Below are positions 1 to 19,664 of a DNA stretch of 64,000 nt, piece after piece (the first letter of the stretch is position 1; each line of letters begins with the position of its first letter). A model generated the notes under the pieces. The model saw only the letters and a list, made by a program, of their open reading frames with translations. It made no database searches and had not been told where the DNA came from. The stretch lies in assembly GCA_965112735.1 (NCBI GenBank), contig OZ218961.1, forward strand, positions 1,240,001 to 1,304,000. Direction: 5' to 3'. The DNA comes from Phaeosaccion multiseriatum (Eukaryota; Protista; Ochrophyta, other classes). Made by a program: the position numbers and the translations under genes.

Positions 1-1506
1 GAAGGAGACAGGGAGACACACAGGGCTGGGATAGAAGGAGACAGGGAGACACACAGGGCTGGGATAGAAGGAGACAGGGAGACACACAGGGCTGGGATAG
101 AAGGAGACAGGGAGACACACAGGGCTGGGATAGAGGGAGACAGGGAGACACACAGGGCTGGGATAGAAGGAGACAGGGAGACACACAGGGCTGGGATAGA
201 AGGAGACAGGGAGACACACAGGGCTGGGATAGAGGGAGACAGGGAGACACACAGGGCTGGGATAGAAGGAGACAGGGAGACACACAGGGCTGGGATAGAA
301 GGAGACAGGGAGACACACAGGGCTGGGATAGAAGGAGACAGGGAGACACACAGGGCTGGGATAGAGGGAGACAGGGAGACACACAGGGCTGGGATAGAGG
401 GAGACAGGGAGACACACAGGGCTGGGATAGAAGGAGACAGGGAGACACACAGGGCTGGGATAGAAGGAGACAGGGAGACACACAGGGCTGGGATAGAAGG
501 AGACAGGGAGACACACAGGGCTGGGATAGAGGGAGACAGGGAGACACACAGGGCTGGGATAGAGGGAGACAGGGAGACACACAGGGCTGGGATAGAAGGA
601 GACAGGGAGACACACAGGGCTGGGATAGAAGGAGACAGGGAGACACACAGGGCTGGGATAGAAGGAGACAGGGAGACACACAGGGCTGGGATAGAAGGAG
701 ACAGGGAGACACACAGGGCTGGGATAGAAGGAGACAGGGAGACACACAGGGCTGGGATAGAAGGAGACAGGGAGACACACAGGGCTGGGATAGAGGGAGA
801 CAGGGAGACACACAGGGCTGGGATAGAGGGAGACAGGGAGACACACAGGGCTGGGATAGAAGGAGACAGGGAGACACACAGGGCTGGGATAGAAGGAGAC
901 AGGGAGACACACAGGGCTGGGATAGAAGGAGACAGGGAGACACACAGGGCTGGGATAGAGGGAGACAGGGAGACACACAGGGCTGGGATAGAGGGAGACA
1001 GGGAGACACACAGGGCTGGGATAGAAGGAGACAGGGAGACACACAGGGCTGGGATAGAAGGAGACAGGGAGACACACAGGGCTGGGATAGAGGGAGACAG
1101 GGAGACACACAGGGCTGGGATAGAAGGAGACAGGGAGACACACAGGGCTGGGATAGAAGGAGACAGGGAGACACACAGGGCTGGGATAGAAGGAGACAGG
1201 GAGACACACAGGGCTGGGATAGAGGGAGACAGGGAGACACACAGGGCTGGGATAGAAGGAGACAGGGAGACACACAGGGCTGGGATAGAAGGAGACAGGG
1301 AGACACACAGGGCTGGGATAGAAGGAGACAGGGAGACACACAGGGCTGGGATAGAAGGAGACAGGGAGACACACAGGGCTGGGATAGAAGGAGACAGGGA
1401 GACACACAGGGCTGGGATAGAGGGAGACAGGGAGACACACAGGGCTGGGATAGAGGGAGACAGGGAGACACACAGGGCTGGGATAGAGGGAGACAGGGAG
1501 ACACAC
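1..1506. repeat. 33-bp minisatellite (GAAGGAGACAGGGAGACACACAGGGCTGGGATA)n, ~45 copies, probably inside a mannosidase intron
   Basis: Near-perfect 33-bp periodicity with one A/G variant (GAAGG/GAGGG). Runs off the window start and precedes the acceptor at 1673-1674. Confidence 0.97.
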
Positions 1507-1674
1507 CGGAACAGAGGGTGAGATGCAGCGCGGGAGGAACAAGTTGTGCCCCTCGCCTGACGTGTGCGAATACACAACTCCTCCTCCTGTTAATGCCTAA
1601 TGACTCACACCTAATGACTTGTACCTAATGACTTATGCCTCATGACTTGTGCCTAATGACTTCTTATGCCGCAG

Positions 1675-4621
<2,947 letters not shown>

Positions 4622-5378
4622 CCGTCATCGCCCCTCCGAGAGGAGAAGGAGGCGAGCGGAGTCGTTGGCACAGCAGCAGCGCTACACAACTCTTTCGTTT
4701 CTTAACTTTTAACTTTCAGTACTGTAGTTAATTGAAATAAGAACAAAAGGAATAGTGGAAACTTCTGTTTCTCTCTCCCTCTCTCTCTCTCTCACACACA
4801 CACACACTGTGGGATCGGTTGAAAGACTTTTGCACACAGACCCGGTAAGGGCGGTAAGCGCCCCCCTTCCTCCTCCGCTCTCTCTATCGACTCTCTGTGT
4901 GTGTCCTTCTCTTCTTCCTCCCTCTCTTCTTGCACTCTTATCTTTCCCCCCCGCCGCTCTCTTGTCTCTCTGGGAAAGACTTGAAGACGTCCCCTACCCC
5001 TTCCCCTTACAGTGAGGAGCTCACAAGATGTTACAGTAAGTTCTGCTTGCTAAGCTAGTAACCGTAAGTTCTGCTTGCTAACCTGGATGCTTGAGTGGGT
5101 TTGCTCACCGGCACATCTTCGTCTCCATTCTCAAGATGAAAGGAGGGCAGGGGAAGAGACAGAGAGGGAGAGGGACGAGAGGCAGAGGGGTGGAGAGGGT
5201 AGAGAGAGAGAGAGAGGGAGCGGGTATGACAGCACGGATGAAGGCCCTTGCAGCGAACCGAGGTTACTGGCCGCACGAGCTGACTGCATCACGAATGCTG
5301 TATCACCAACTGTTGCTGTTGCTACTGTATCACCCACTGCTGCTGGTCCTGCTGAATCACCGACTCCATCACTTCTAT

Positions 5379-8300
5379 TCACTTCACTCGGCGTATCCAC
5401 AGACAGGAGGTGTCTGTAGACTGACGCCCATCAGAGAAGATGGGAAGGAGCTCCCCTCCCTCTCCTTCTCCTCCTCCTCCTCCTCCTTCTCCTCCTCCTC
5501 CTCCTCCTCCTCCTCCTCCTCCTCCTCCTCCTCCTCCTCTTCCTCCTCCTCCTCCTCCTCCTCCTCCTCCTCCTCCCCTTCCTCCTCCTCCTTGCGCTGT
5601 CTTGGACAAGAAGTGGCACGCCAGCTCCACCTCCCACGCGTCATTCCCCTCCAAAAACGCTGCCACCATGGGCTGCTCCGTGTACCTGGAATCGTTACAG
5701 AAGGTGAGCATGCGTTAGGGGGATCGGGGGTGTTGTGCCTACATGCCTATATGCCATTATGACTGTGTCTATACAAGGCCCATATCTCTATACCCGCGTA
5801 ACAAATATATATACGTACGTACATACATATATACATGCATACATGCATACATACATACATACATGCATACATACATACATAAAGGGGTAAGCGTAACCTT
5901 GTAGCCTTACGTAATTCTTTTGAGTACGTACGTACCGAAGGTGCTGGAAACCCGCCAACTCGGGGTAGTCATAGGGCAGGAATATGTCGTGTATATGCAC
6001 CGATACACCCACCGGGAGGAGCGGTAGCAGATGTAGAAGATAATAGATGACGTCACCGTAGGGACGAACGGTGTGACTGCCGTCGATAAAGACAATGTCG
6101 TTGGTTGATAAGCTGAGCCCCTCCCACCAGGACAAGTCGAGGCTTTCCAGGGGTTGTTTCTTGACTTGGATGGGGATGGCAGCGGATGGACTGATATAGG
6201 AGGACCTGCAATGGGGGAGGGAGGGAGGAAGGAAGGAAGGAAGGAAGGGGAGGCGGGAGGGAGGGGGGGGGGGAGGGAGGGAGGGAAGGAGGGGGAGAGG
6301 GAGAGAGGGAGGGAGGGAGGGAGGGGGGAAGGGGGGGAGGGAGGGAGGGAGGAAGGGGGGGGGAGAGGAAGGAAGGAAGGAAGGGAGGGAGGAAGGGAGG
6401 GAGGGAAGGAGGGAAGAAGGGAGAGAGGGAGGGAGGATGTGAGGGAGGGAGGGAGGATGTGAGGGAGGGAGGGAGGGAGGGAGGGAGAGAGGGAGAGAGG
6501 ATGTGAGGGAGGAGGGAGGATGTGAGGGAGGAAGTGTGTGTGTGTGTGTGAAGACTCGTTGGGTTGCTTCAATGCAAAAACAAGGAAAGGTTTGGGGAGG
6601 TCTTCACTTGAGCTGAAACTGAAACTAACCTGAAGGGCTCGATGCATATGTGCCGAGGAGCGGCAGGTGCTGCTGCTGTATCACCAACTGCTGTATCACC
6701 AACTGCTACCTTCTGGTTGTCTGCAAGGGCAGTTGCTGCGGTCGACGTGGACCAGCCAGAACCTATTTCTACGATTGTCCTGTTTATTTGAAAGAGAGGG
6801 AGAGGGAGGCAGGGGGGAGGGACGGAGCGGGAGATAGAGAGAGAGGGGAGGCAGGGAAGGGAGGGGGGGTGAGGAATTGATAATTGAGCGCGGAAGAGGA
6901 AGGAAGGAAAGGAGGGGGGGAGGGATGTATAGAGGGAGGGAGGGAGGGAGGGGTGGAGGGATGGAGTGAGTGAGTGAGTGAGGGAGGGAGGGAAGGCCTA
7001 CCTCGGCTGCTTGTGGCGTATCATGGAGTAGAGGATGTCCGTGTCCGTCCTGGAAGGGAGGGACGGAGGGAGGGAGGGAGGGAGGAAGGGAGGAGGGGGA
7101 GGGAATGGAGGGAGGAAGGGAGGGAGGGAGGGAGAGAGAGAGGGAAACAGAGCGAGAGGAGAGGAGACAGAGACAGAGAGAATATAGCGTGCTGTCAGAA
7201 GCTGAGACGAAGAAGAGAGACGCCTTCCTCAACTCGCCAGACCAAGCACCAAGCAGAAAACATAACATTACGTAGCACATTACGTAACGCTACGTACATA
7301 CGTACTCACATGGAGTACATGAGGTTGCGTACGTATGGCGGGGACGGAAACCTTTCAAGCTCCTTTAATAGGGCTCTCTGGGGACCCAAGTCCGTGTACT
7401 TGGCGGCGAAGGGACCGGGGAGTACGGCGAAACGCGCCCCCAGCCTACGTCGGGCCTCCCGATTGGAGAAGGGAGTCTCGTAGCCAAGGGCTTTACTTGC
7501 CGTCTATAGAGGAGAGGAGAGGAGAGGAGAGGAGAGGAGAGGAGAAGAGGAGAGGAGAGGAGAGGAGAGGAGATGAGAGGGGAGGAGAGGAGAGGAGATG
7601 AGAGGAGAGGAGAGGAGAGGAGAGGAGGAGAGGAGAGGAGAGGAGAGGAGAGGAGAGGAGAGGAGAGGAGAGGAGAGGAGAGGAGAGGAGAGGAGAGGAG
7701 AGGAGAGGAGAGGAGAGGAGCCAGGAGAGTAGGAGAAGCGTAGGGGAGTAGGAGGCGGCGGAGGTCAGTCACATTCAGTCCTGCCGTACTTCCTTGCTTC
7801 CCTTCCGTTGGTACTCAGTCACACTCGTAGTACCAGTACCATCATGCCATTCTTACGTATGTCCTTACGTAACTGCACTCACTCACACACACACGACTCA
7901 CCTCCATTGTGCAGAGGTCCCACTTATCCTCCCCACTCCCTCCCCCCTCCTTCCCATTTGGGCACGCCTCTTCCTCTCGCTCGCCCGCTTGCTCTTGCTC
8001 CTGCTCCTGCTCTTGCTGCTCGACAGACTGCCTACCCCGGGCGGACTCAGTCTCGTCCGTCTGAGCTGCTGTACACTCCCCGACTCCACCAGCAGCATTG
8101 TCACACGCCCCCGCTCTGCCCCCTCTGCCCCTTGCTGCAGCAGTTGGTGATGCGGCAGCGGAGTCGGTGGACAGTTGTCGAGGCGGGGCGGAGGGGTCCA
8201 CATTCACCTAAGTAGTGCAAGCAGCAGCCGTTGGTGATACAAGAAACGGCATCAGTTTGGGTATAGATACAGCAGCAGTAGCAGCAGCAGCAGCAGCAGA

Positions 8301-9019
8301 AAGAAGCTTCCACGGCGGCCTTCTCTTTATCTCTTTCTTGACTACTCCAACATGAAGGATGTGCCCCACCGTTCCCCTCCTAACTTCGTCGTCGTGATCT
8401 TCTTGAGTTGTACAACAGGGTCCAGCAAGAAGGGCCACTTGGGTCTTCACCTGAACTGTTTTGGAGGCAAGTGCCGTCCTTCCCGTGAGGACTTCGACGA
8501 CTTCGACGCTAATGGTCGTCACGGATGCGTCAAGAGACGTGAAGACTATCTCCTCGTGGGGCAGAGATACGCACTTATGCTGCAGTAAAAAAGAAGAAAG
8601 GAGGAGGAGGAGGAGGAGGAGGAGGAGAAGGAGGAGGAGGAGGAAAGGGAAAGAGGGGAAGAGGAGCGTAGCGGGGCGTGCGAAGGTGAGAGAGTGATGG
8701 GCGAGTCATGAAAAGGAGAGGGAGGCTGATTCCAAGAGGGTTGCACAACCTACTTCTTTCAACTCACGTGCCGTCCGTTGACCTTGCTGCAAAGCATGGC
8801 GTTCCCTCCTCCTGGTATGGGCAGGCGGGCTTCTCCTTCCCGCCGCACGTTCTCCGCCCTCTCCTCGATGGAGAGGCTGACCTGGAAGCTAGGAGGCACG
8901 GTCTCTCCATCACGCGGGTAAGTGATAAAGACGTCTCCCCACACGTGGTCATCAGCCGCAGCTGCAGCGCTTAGGAGGATAGTAAGCAGCAGCAGTGGCA
9001 GCAGATGGTGGAGAGCCAT
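5379..9019 (-). CDS. Signal-peptide class I SAM-dependent methyltransferase (Methyltransf_24-like), 8 exons
   Basis: Exons 9019-8768, 8579-8451, 8207-7902, 7503-7310, 7049-7002, 6779-6630, 6205-5936, 5685-5379 all join in phase. Hydrophobic N-terminus MALHHLLPLLLLTILLSAAAA; motifs DILYSMIRHKQPRTIVEIGSGWST, HICIEPF, IVFIDGSH, VHIHDIFLPYDYP, YTEQPMVAAFL. Confidence 0.85.
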
Positions 9020-9179
9020 ACTTGTGGCATTCTCCTCAATCTTTTCATTGGCTCAATCCAACTGCTCACCACGATCCTGGATTCCAACACGCGTGGATAC
9101 AGTTGGCCCTTTCTTCTTTTTCCTTCCTTAAGGGCAAGACGTCGTAAGATCCTTCCGCCCTTTTGCAGAGCTTGTAAAC

Positions 9180-12100
9180 ATGAGCATTACACTCAACTTC
9201 CCAGGCTTGAGCTTCGGGGGAGGAAAGAAGGAAACCACGATAAAGGGGGGCGACAAAGGCACGCAACCCCCTCCTCCGCCTTCGTCTTTCTTGAGCGACA
9301 TGATTGAGGCTCAACGGTATCGCGATTGGGCGTGCGTCCGATGCACCGAGGTGAATCCCTTTGACCAGGAAATGTGTGCCTGCGGAGGCGAGCATGTGAA
9401 GCGAAAGGGCTTGATGAAGCGATGGAGGGCGGAGGAGGCGGTGCGAAGCGAGCTACGCCAAGCGCAGCAGTCCAAGACCAATGCGCTAAAGGAAGAGGCC
9501 ATGCAGGACTTGTTCAGTGGGGATGAAGATGAGGGCCAAGGCGAAGGTGAAGAGGAAGAGCAGCGGAGGAGGAGGAGCAGCGGAGCGGACGAGGACCGAG
9601 GGGGTGCGGGGCACGACGAGCAGCACCAGGGGTTGGCGGAAAAGGGAGGGGAGCAGAAGGGCCTCTACCGACGCAGCAGTAGTAGTAGCAGTAGCAGCAG
9701 CAGCGGCAGGGAATGCTACGTGTCTGTACTTCCCCAGGTGCTCTGGCTCAAAGTGTTTGCCCTGCTGGGCGATGAAAGAGCCTACCTGCAAGTCAAGGGT
9801 GTGTGTCGGGCGTGGCATCACATCATTGACCGTGACGCAGGGGCCGGGCTGTGGCAAGAGGCCTACGCTCGCCTCAGGGCAGCGGGCAAGATTGATGGCC
9901 AGGACCGGAGGCAGCGGCAGCTCAAGACGTACAATCTCTCCGCCTGCAGTGCTTCTGCTTCCGCCCTTCCTCCTGCATCATCTTCGGTACCTTCTACTTG
10001 TGCCCCTCTTCGTCCTCCTCCTCCTGCTGCTGCTGCTGCTGCTGCTGCTGGGAGTAGTAGTACTCCATTGAGTGACAGTAGTAGTCTCGCTGGGTCGCGG
10101 GGGAAGCAAGACGGAGGGGGAGGAGCGGGCAGCAGCAGCAGTAGTCATATGGGCAGCAGCAGCACAATCACAGATGGCAGCAGAAGGAGGAGACTCTCCC
10201 CTGTATGTAGAGCATGTGGCCTTCTGCAGCGCTCACAGGACCCCTCCATGGGCACTTCGTGCGACATGTGCGGGGCTGATAGAGAAGAGCAACACGACAC
10301 AAGACAAGAGCTCGAGTACGTATCACCAACAGGTGCTAATGGTACTGCTGCTGCTCCTGCTGCCCCCGGCACTACCGCTACCGCTTCTTCGGTGCCCCCA
10401 TTGGTGCTACAAGGCAGCCTCGCTCGACAAGCGTACACGCGAATCGACCTGCACGGGGGAGGAGCGGCAGCAGTGGTGTCGAATCAGGCTGCCCTCCAAG
10501 GAGGAGGAGGAGGAGGAGGAGGAGAAGGAGGAGGAGGAGGAGGAGGAGGAGGAGGAGGAGGAGGAGGAGGAAGCCAGGGACGGAGGGACCAGATCAAGCA
10601 GGTTTCTGAAGCTGGCATGGCGAATTCCCTTATCGTGGAGTCGGAGTGCGGAGCGGTGGAGTGGGTGTTCATGGTGAAGCTATCGGTGCTCGATCGGCAG
10701 GCGCGAGGAGAGTGGGGCAGGTAGGTGTGCGTGGGTAAGGGTGAGGGTAAGGAGGGGGCGAGGGAGCAATGAGAGGGAAGGGGTCATGGAGAGAGAGAGA
10801 GCGGGAAGAAGAAGAAGAAGAAGAGGAGGAGGAGGAGGAGGAGGAGGAGGAGGAGGAGGAGGGGGGAGAGAGGATGAGGGAGATGGGGGTGTGAGAACAC
10901 TCGATCTTGCCCGCTGCGGCACCCGCTCCGCTCTCCCTCCCTCTCTCTCTCCCTCTCTCCCTCTCTCTCTCTTCTTCTTCGCCTCTCTCTCTCCAACCCT
11001 CTACCGCGCGCGCCTTTCATCGCTGTACCACCAACCCCTCCTCTCACCCTGGCCTCGCCTCGCCTTACTCCACGTTCAACGCTGTACTTACCATCACTGT
11101 GCCAACCACTCTTACCCCAACTTAATCCCACGCTTTTCCATAGTCTCCACATGGGCTGGGAATGGCTGCAGCGGACGCTTAGACAGCTTCTGCAGCAGCA
11201 AAGAGCAAAGATCACAAGGTTAGTCAGAGAGGGTCAGAGGGGTCAGGACTTGTGTAAGAGAGAGAGTCAGAGGGGTCAGGACTTGTGGAAGAGAGAGAGT
11301 CAGAGGGGTCAGGACTTGTGTAAGAGAGAGAGAGTCAGAGGGGTCAGGACTTGTCGAAGAGAGAGAGAGGGGTCAGGACTTGTGTAAGAGAGAGAGTCAG
11401 AGGGGTCAGGACTTGTGTAAGAGAGAGAGTCAGAGGGGTCAGGACTTGTGGAAGAGAGAGAGTCAGAGGGGTCAGGACTTGTGTAAGAGAGAGAGAGTCA
11501 GAGGGGTCAGGACTTGTCGAAGAGAGAGAGAGGGGTCAGGACTTGTGGAAGAGAGAGAGTCAGAGGGGTCAGGACTTGTGGAAGAGAGAGAGTCCGAGGG
11601 GTCAGGACTTGTGGAAGAGAGAGAGAGTCAGAGGGGTCAGGACTTGTCGAAGAGAGAGAGAGGGGTCAGGACTTGTGTAAGAGAGAGAGTCAGAGGGGTC
11701 AGGACTTGTGGAAGAGAGAGAGTCAGAGGGGTCAGGACTTGTGGAAGAGAGAGAGTCAGAGGGGTCAGGACTTGTGTAAGAGAGAGAGAGTCAGAGGGGT
11801 CAGGACTTGTCGAAGAGAGAGAGAGGGGTCAGGACTTGTGTAAGAGAGAGAGTCAGAGGGGTCAGGACTTGTGTAAGAGAGAGAGTCAGAGGGGTCAGGA
11901 CTTGTGGAAGAGAGAGAGTCAGAGGGGTCAGGACTTGTGGAAGAGAGAGAGTCAGAGGGGTCAGGACTTGTGGAAGAGAGAGAGAGTCAGAGGGGTCAGG
12001 ACTTGTGTAAGAGAGAGAGAGGGGTCAGGACTTGTGGAAGAGAGAGTCAGAGGGGTCAGGACTTGTGGAAGAGAGAGTCAGAGGGGTCAGGACTTGTGTA

Positions 12101-12596
12101 AGAGAGAGAGAGTCAGAGGGGTCAGGACTTGTGGAAGAGAGAGTCAGAGGGGTCAGGACTTGGGTAAGAGAGAGGGTCAGAGGGGTCAGGACTTGTGTAG
12201 GAGAGAGGGTCAGAAGGGTCAGGACTTGTGTCGGAGAGAGAGAGTCAGAGGGGTCAGGACCTGTGTAAGAGAGTCTGTGTCTAATCTTATCGCCATCCTC
12301 CCTATCACGCGCACGCACCCACACCACCTCGCCCGCCTCCCCGTCGTCGGTACCGCACAGGGCACGGCGTGAACAGCAACATCAACGGAAGCAGTTGGTT
12401 GCACAGCAGCAGGTGGATAAACCGCAACAGCAGCAGCAACAGAGAGAGGCAATAAAGGCAGAGTCTGGCAATATGGAGAAGGAGGAGGAGGAGGAGGAGG
12501 AGGAGGAGGTGGTGGAGGAGGAGGAGGGGAAGGAGGAGGAGGAGGAGGAGGAGGAGGAGGCTGGTGTTTCTGCCGCTACCGTATCACCAACTGCTC

Positions 12597-12630
<34 letters not shown>

Positions 12631-14525
12631 GAAGCTGTACCCCGTGCTGGTCAAGGCCGTCAACAAGCTGGCAGGCAAGAACTGGTGCTTACTCTACTCG
12701 AGCATGAACAGAGAGTTCGGCCTCATGGCTGAGATGTTGGCGAGGGATGTGATGCTGCGGTGGCGTACAAGGCGTAACGTTGGTGCGAAGGGTTGCAGTG
12801 GCAGTGCGTGGGAGGGTCGTGTCACGGGCAGCACTGACTGTGCTGCTGCTGGTGGTGGTGGTGGAGGAGGAGGAGCAGGAGGAGGAGGAGCAGGAGGAGG
12901 AGGAGGAGGAGGAGGAGGAGGAGGAGGAGGAGGAGGAGGAGGAGGGCGGGGAGAGGGCAACAGGGGGGGGGGACAACCACAACAACAGCAGCAACGACAA
13001 CAACAACAAATACACGAGAAGGAGGAGGAGGAGGAGGAGGAGGAGGAGGAGGAGGATGAGGAGGAGAGGGGTGATGGCAGTGGACAGGAGGGAGGCTTCA
13101 TGCGGGACGTGCTTGACGCATGGACTGCCTACCGGGAGTGGGTGGATGAGATGGACGACAAGTTTGAGTTACTCAACGACCGGATCGCAGACGATCGGCA
13201 TCGGAATCTGACGGTGTGTCCCAGGCAGGGCAATCTCACGCCCTTCCTTCGCGGGGTGGCGCTGTTGGCGTTTCGGAATTGCTTTGTTATGCGGCTTGAT
13301 GTCTGCGAGGCACTGAGGGGAGCCATTCAGGGTGCTGTGGAGAGGGCTTTGGAGCAGCAGCAGCAGCAGGGGGAGGACGAGGACGAGGAGGAGGAGGAGG
13401 GGGGGGGGGGGGGAGGGAAAGAAAGAGGAGAAGGAGGGAGAGGAGGAGGAGAAGGAGGAGGCCAAGGAGGAGGAGGAGGATGAGAGGATGGAGGCGGCGA
13501 GGGAGCAGGGAATGGAGCAAAGGACCACGACAGCAGCGAGGGATACTGCTCCAAACACGAGGAGAAACACAAAGAGAAGCAGACCGAGTATGGGCAGCGG
13601 CAGCAGCGGGGGTGGGGCCACGGCCAAGAAGAGACGGCGAGGGACGGCCTCGGTGGGGGTGGGAGCGGAAGCCTGTCTCTTCACAGACAAGGAGTTGCAG
13701 GAAGACAGTCGGACCTTGCACTTTTCTATTCACCACTTGGGCAATACCAATAACAATAGCAACAACAGCAACAGCAGCAGCAACAAGAGCGGCAACAACA
13801 TCATCAACAACAAGAGGGGCAGCGGCTGCGGCAGCGGCAGCAGTGGGCGTGGAAGCGGTCTTGACAACGGAGGGGCGGGGGCTTTGAAGAGAGGGCAGCA
13901 GTTGGTGATACAGAGACAGAGACAGAGGGCTATGACGTCATCGGCGCTTCGCAGGAGTGTTTCAAGTCTCGTTCAGGCCTTGTCCGCTGCCAGTCGAGGG
14001 AGACCGGCGAGCGAGGCAGCAAGGAGAGTGGCAGCAGTAGTAGCAGCAGCAGCAGGAGAAGGAGGAGCAGTGAGAGGGGGAGAAGGAGAAGGAGGAGGAG
14101 CAGGAGATGGGAGGAGAGGCGGGAGCAGCGGGAGGAGGGACCCGCGCCACCCCCCTGCTGTGGCTCTCCGTCGGCTGCAGCTGATGCTCGCATTGGTGGA
14201 CTTATTGGAAGGGCTTGATGTGCCCGATGATCAGTGCTCCAAGGACAGGAGCACTCAGGGGGCCTTTAGACGCTTACTGCTGCTGCCTCTTGGCACTTGG
14301 GTGTCGGTGGAGGGACCCATGCTTGAGAGGGTGGCAATGCAGGAGATTGGAGGACCACGAGGGCGTGGTGGTGGTGGTGGGGAGGGGGACAATGAAGAGG
14401 AGGAGGACGAGGACGAGGACGAGGAGGAGGAGGAGGAGGAGGAAGGAGGCGAGCGTGACTGGCTTCAGCACGATGTGAAGCCGGGGTACAGGGGCCGGAA
14501 GAAAGACTGCTCCCTGCAGAGATGA
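9180..14525 (+). CDS. RanBP2-type zinc finger + F-box protein with a cullin-repeat-like region
   Basis: Exons 9180-10720, 11144-11218 and 12361 onward join in phase. WACVRCTEVNPFDQEMCAC (RanBP2 ZnF); LPQVLWLKVFALLG..VKGVCRAWHHI (F-box); second CxxC..CxxC. The frame either stops at 13483 or continues to 14525 across a probable indel in the G-run at ~13398-13413. Confidence 0.75.
11222..12272. repeat. Intronic minisatellite of ~28-35 bp, (GTCAGAGGGGTCAGGACTTGTG[T/G]AAGAGAGAGA)n
   Basis: Tandem array filling almost all of intron 2 of the F-box gene; unit length varies with the AG tract. Confidence 0.95.
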
Positions 14526-15336
14526 GCTGAGCAGGAGGAGGCATTTCCAAGTCTCTCTCCCGCGCCTCCGTTTCAAGAAATGTAATATTCAAAATTTATG
14601 CCATAAGATCTTACATTAATTACCAACAATTCCAGCTACTTACACTTGGCACAGTAACAACTCTGGCGTACAACGAACGTGTATCACCAACACACCCATC
14701 GCTCGCATATCGATATTGGTCGGGACAATTGTACTAAGACTGTGATGAGTGTCAACCGTTATGTCACCGCCCACCGCCGGCGCAGACCAGCCCCCTTTTT
14801 CTCCCTCCCCCCCCCTCTCTCTCCCCCTCCGTCAAACCCGGGAATTAATAAAGCTTCCTACCCCCCCCCGCACCCCCTCTCTCTCTCTCCGTCACAAATG
14901 AGCCTCAATGAGGCTCAATAACACACGTCACGGAGGAGAACCCCTCCCCTTCCTTCAGGCAGAAGAAAGAAACAGCTCCAGTAAGGCAGCGAATCGACCC
15001 TCCCCCCCCCCTTGGCCTGAGTACGGGCCCTATGCTCGACCACCAAAAGGACAGGTCCACACGCCCGATTTTCTACCCACCCACCTACCTCACTGGAACT
15101 GATCTCCTGCTTCGTTTCCATCCTTTGTCCCTCCATGCTATCCACCGCCCCACCTCCAACAAAATTGGACACTGGAAGTTGGTCCTCGTAGGCTGGAAGC
15201 TGATATCGATGTGTCGACTTTCCCTGATGTCGACATGGGACTCTCGCAAACATCGAAGTGGGTCTTCCTTCTTGCGTCACCAAATACGACTCCTACGTTG
15301 CAGGTCCCTCGCGCCGATTGGAAGCTGCTGGAAGCA

Positions 15337-18686
<3,350 letters not shown>

Positions 18687-18897
18687 GATGCCGAGCTTTC
18701 GCTTGGACTCTGTGCGCTGCGCTGAGCTTGGGGCTTGAGAGATCGGATTGATGAAGGGTCACCTAGCGCCAAACCAAATGGCGACGATTTCAAAACGACC
18801 AACAGAGATCCAATTTTTCTGAGAGAGACGAAAATGGGGCCCGGGATTTCGGCCCGGGGCCGGGCGGGGTCCGTCTCTTTTTCTTTTCCCTTTGGAC

Positions 18898-18950
18898 CAA
18901 GGGTACTTAAGAAAACGACGTGATCCCCCCCCTTTTCTTAAGTACCCTTG
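18898..18950. other. Perfect 18-bp inverted repeat with 17-nt spacer
   Basis: CAAGGGTACTTAAGAAAA (18898-18915) and TTTTCTTAAGTACCCTTG (18933-18950). Confidence 0.85.
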
Positions 18951-19158
18951 TTTGGACCTCCGCGAGAGCAAATAAACCCTTTATTCCTTTCCTTTTGCTC
19001 CTCTTTCCTTTCTTTCCTTCCCCCTTCCTTTCCTTCGCGTGAGCACTCTCATTGGGTCCTCATTCTCTCTCTATTGAGATGGAGACAGAGAGACACGGAG
19101 GTCACCACGGAGTGGCTGAGCAAGATGACAGCTCAGGACGCCACTCCCTCATTGGGTC

Positions 19159-19595
19159 GGCACTCCCCATCTTCAGCCCAAGGGTTGACATCACCCCCCG
19201 ATTGAAGGAGAAAGAGAGAGACGGAGGTACCAATGGATGACGGGGACGAGGAGGAGGAGGAGGAACGGGGGCACTTTCCCCCCTCCTCTCCCTGACCTCC
19301 GGGCACTCCCTCCGGGCAAAGGCTTTAGCGAGAAATGGCCCAGCCCAGTCCAAGCAAGCCCAGAGGAGGGACGGCGCGCGGCGCTTGCTTGCTTGTACAG
19401 GCCAAGGTCAAGAGCCAGAAGGCGAAGGAGCGCACACTGGACGGAGAGATGAAGAGCAAGAGGTACAGGTACGCGTACAAGTAGAGGCATACGGAGCGAG
19501 GGGCAAGGGGGGGGAGACAGAGAAAAGGAGAGAGAGTTGTGTACACAGTGAGACTTCTTGTTCCCGAGGTATGCGGAGACAGAGGAGGCCAACGC
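19159..19595 (+). repeat. Dispersed ~400-bp direct repeat, copy 1 (copy 2 at ~29093-29495)
   Basis: Shared GGCACTCCC(C)ATCTTCAGCCCAAGGGT...GAGACGGAGGTACCAATGGATGACGGGGACG...GCGGAGACAGAGGAGGCCAACGCA, with indels. Confidence 0.85.
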
Positions 19596-19603
19596 AGGAG
19601 GGG

Positions 19604-19647
<44 letters not shown>

Positions 19648-19664
19648 TTCGATGCACTTTTCAG

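Noticed and set aside
11351-12372. 330-aa repetitive ORF (RESQRGQDL)n and overlapping frames
   Set aside because: This is the intronic minisatellite; exons 11144-11218 and 12361 splice in phase around it.
13398-13413. Programmed frameshift or pseudogenisation at G/C homopolymers (also 57678-57691)
   Set aside because: Both shifts fall in long mononucleotide runs, where sequencing indels are the simpler explanation; read-level checking is needed.
14915-15330. Short ORFs between the F-box and dioxygenase 3' ends
   Set aside because: No motifs or splice support; probably UTR or intergenic.
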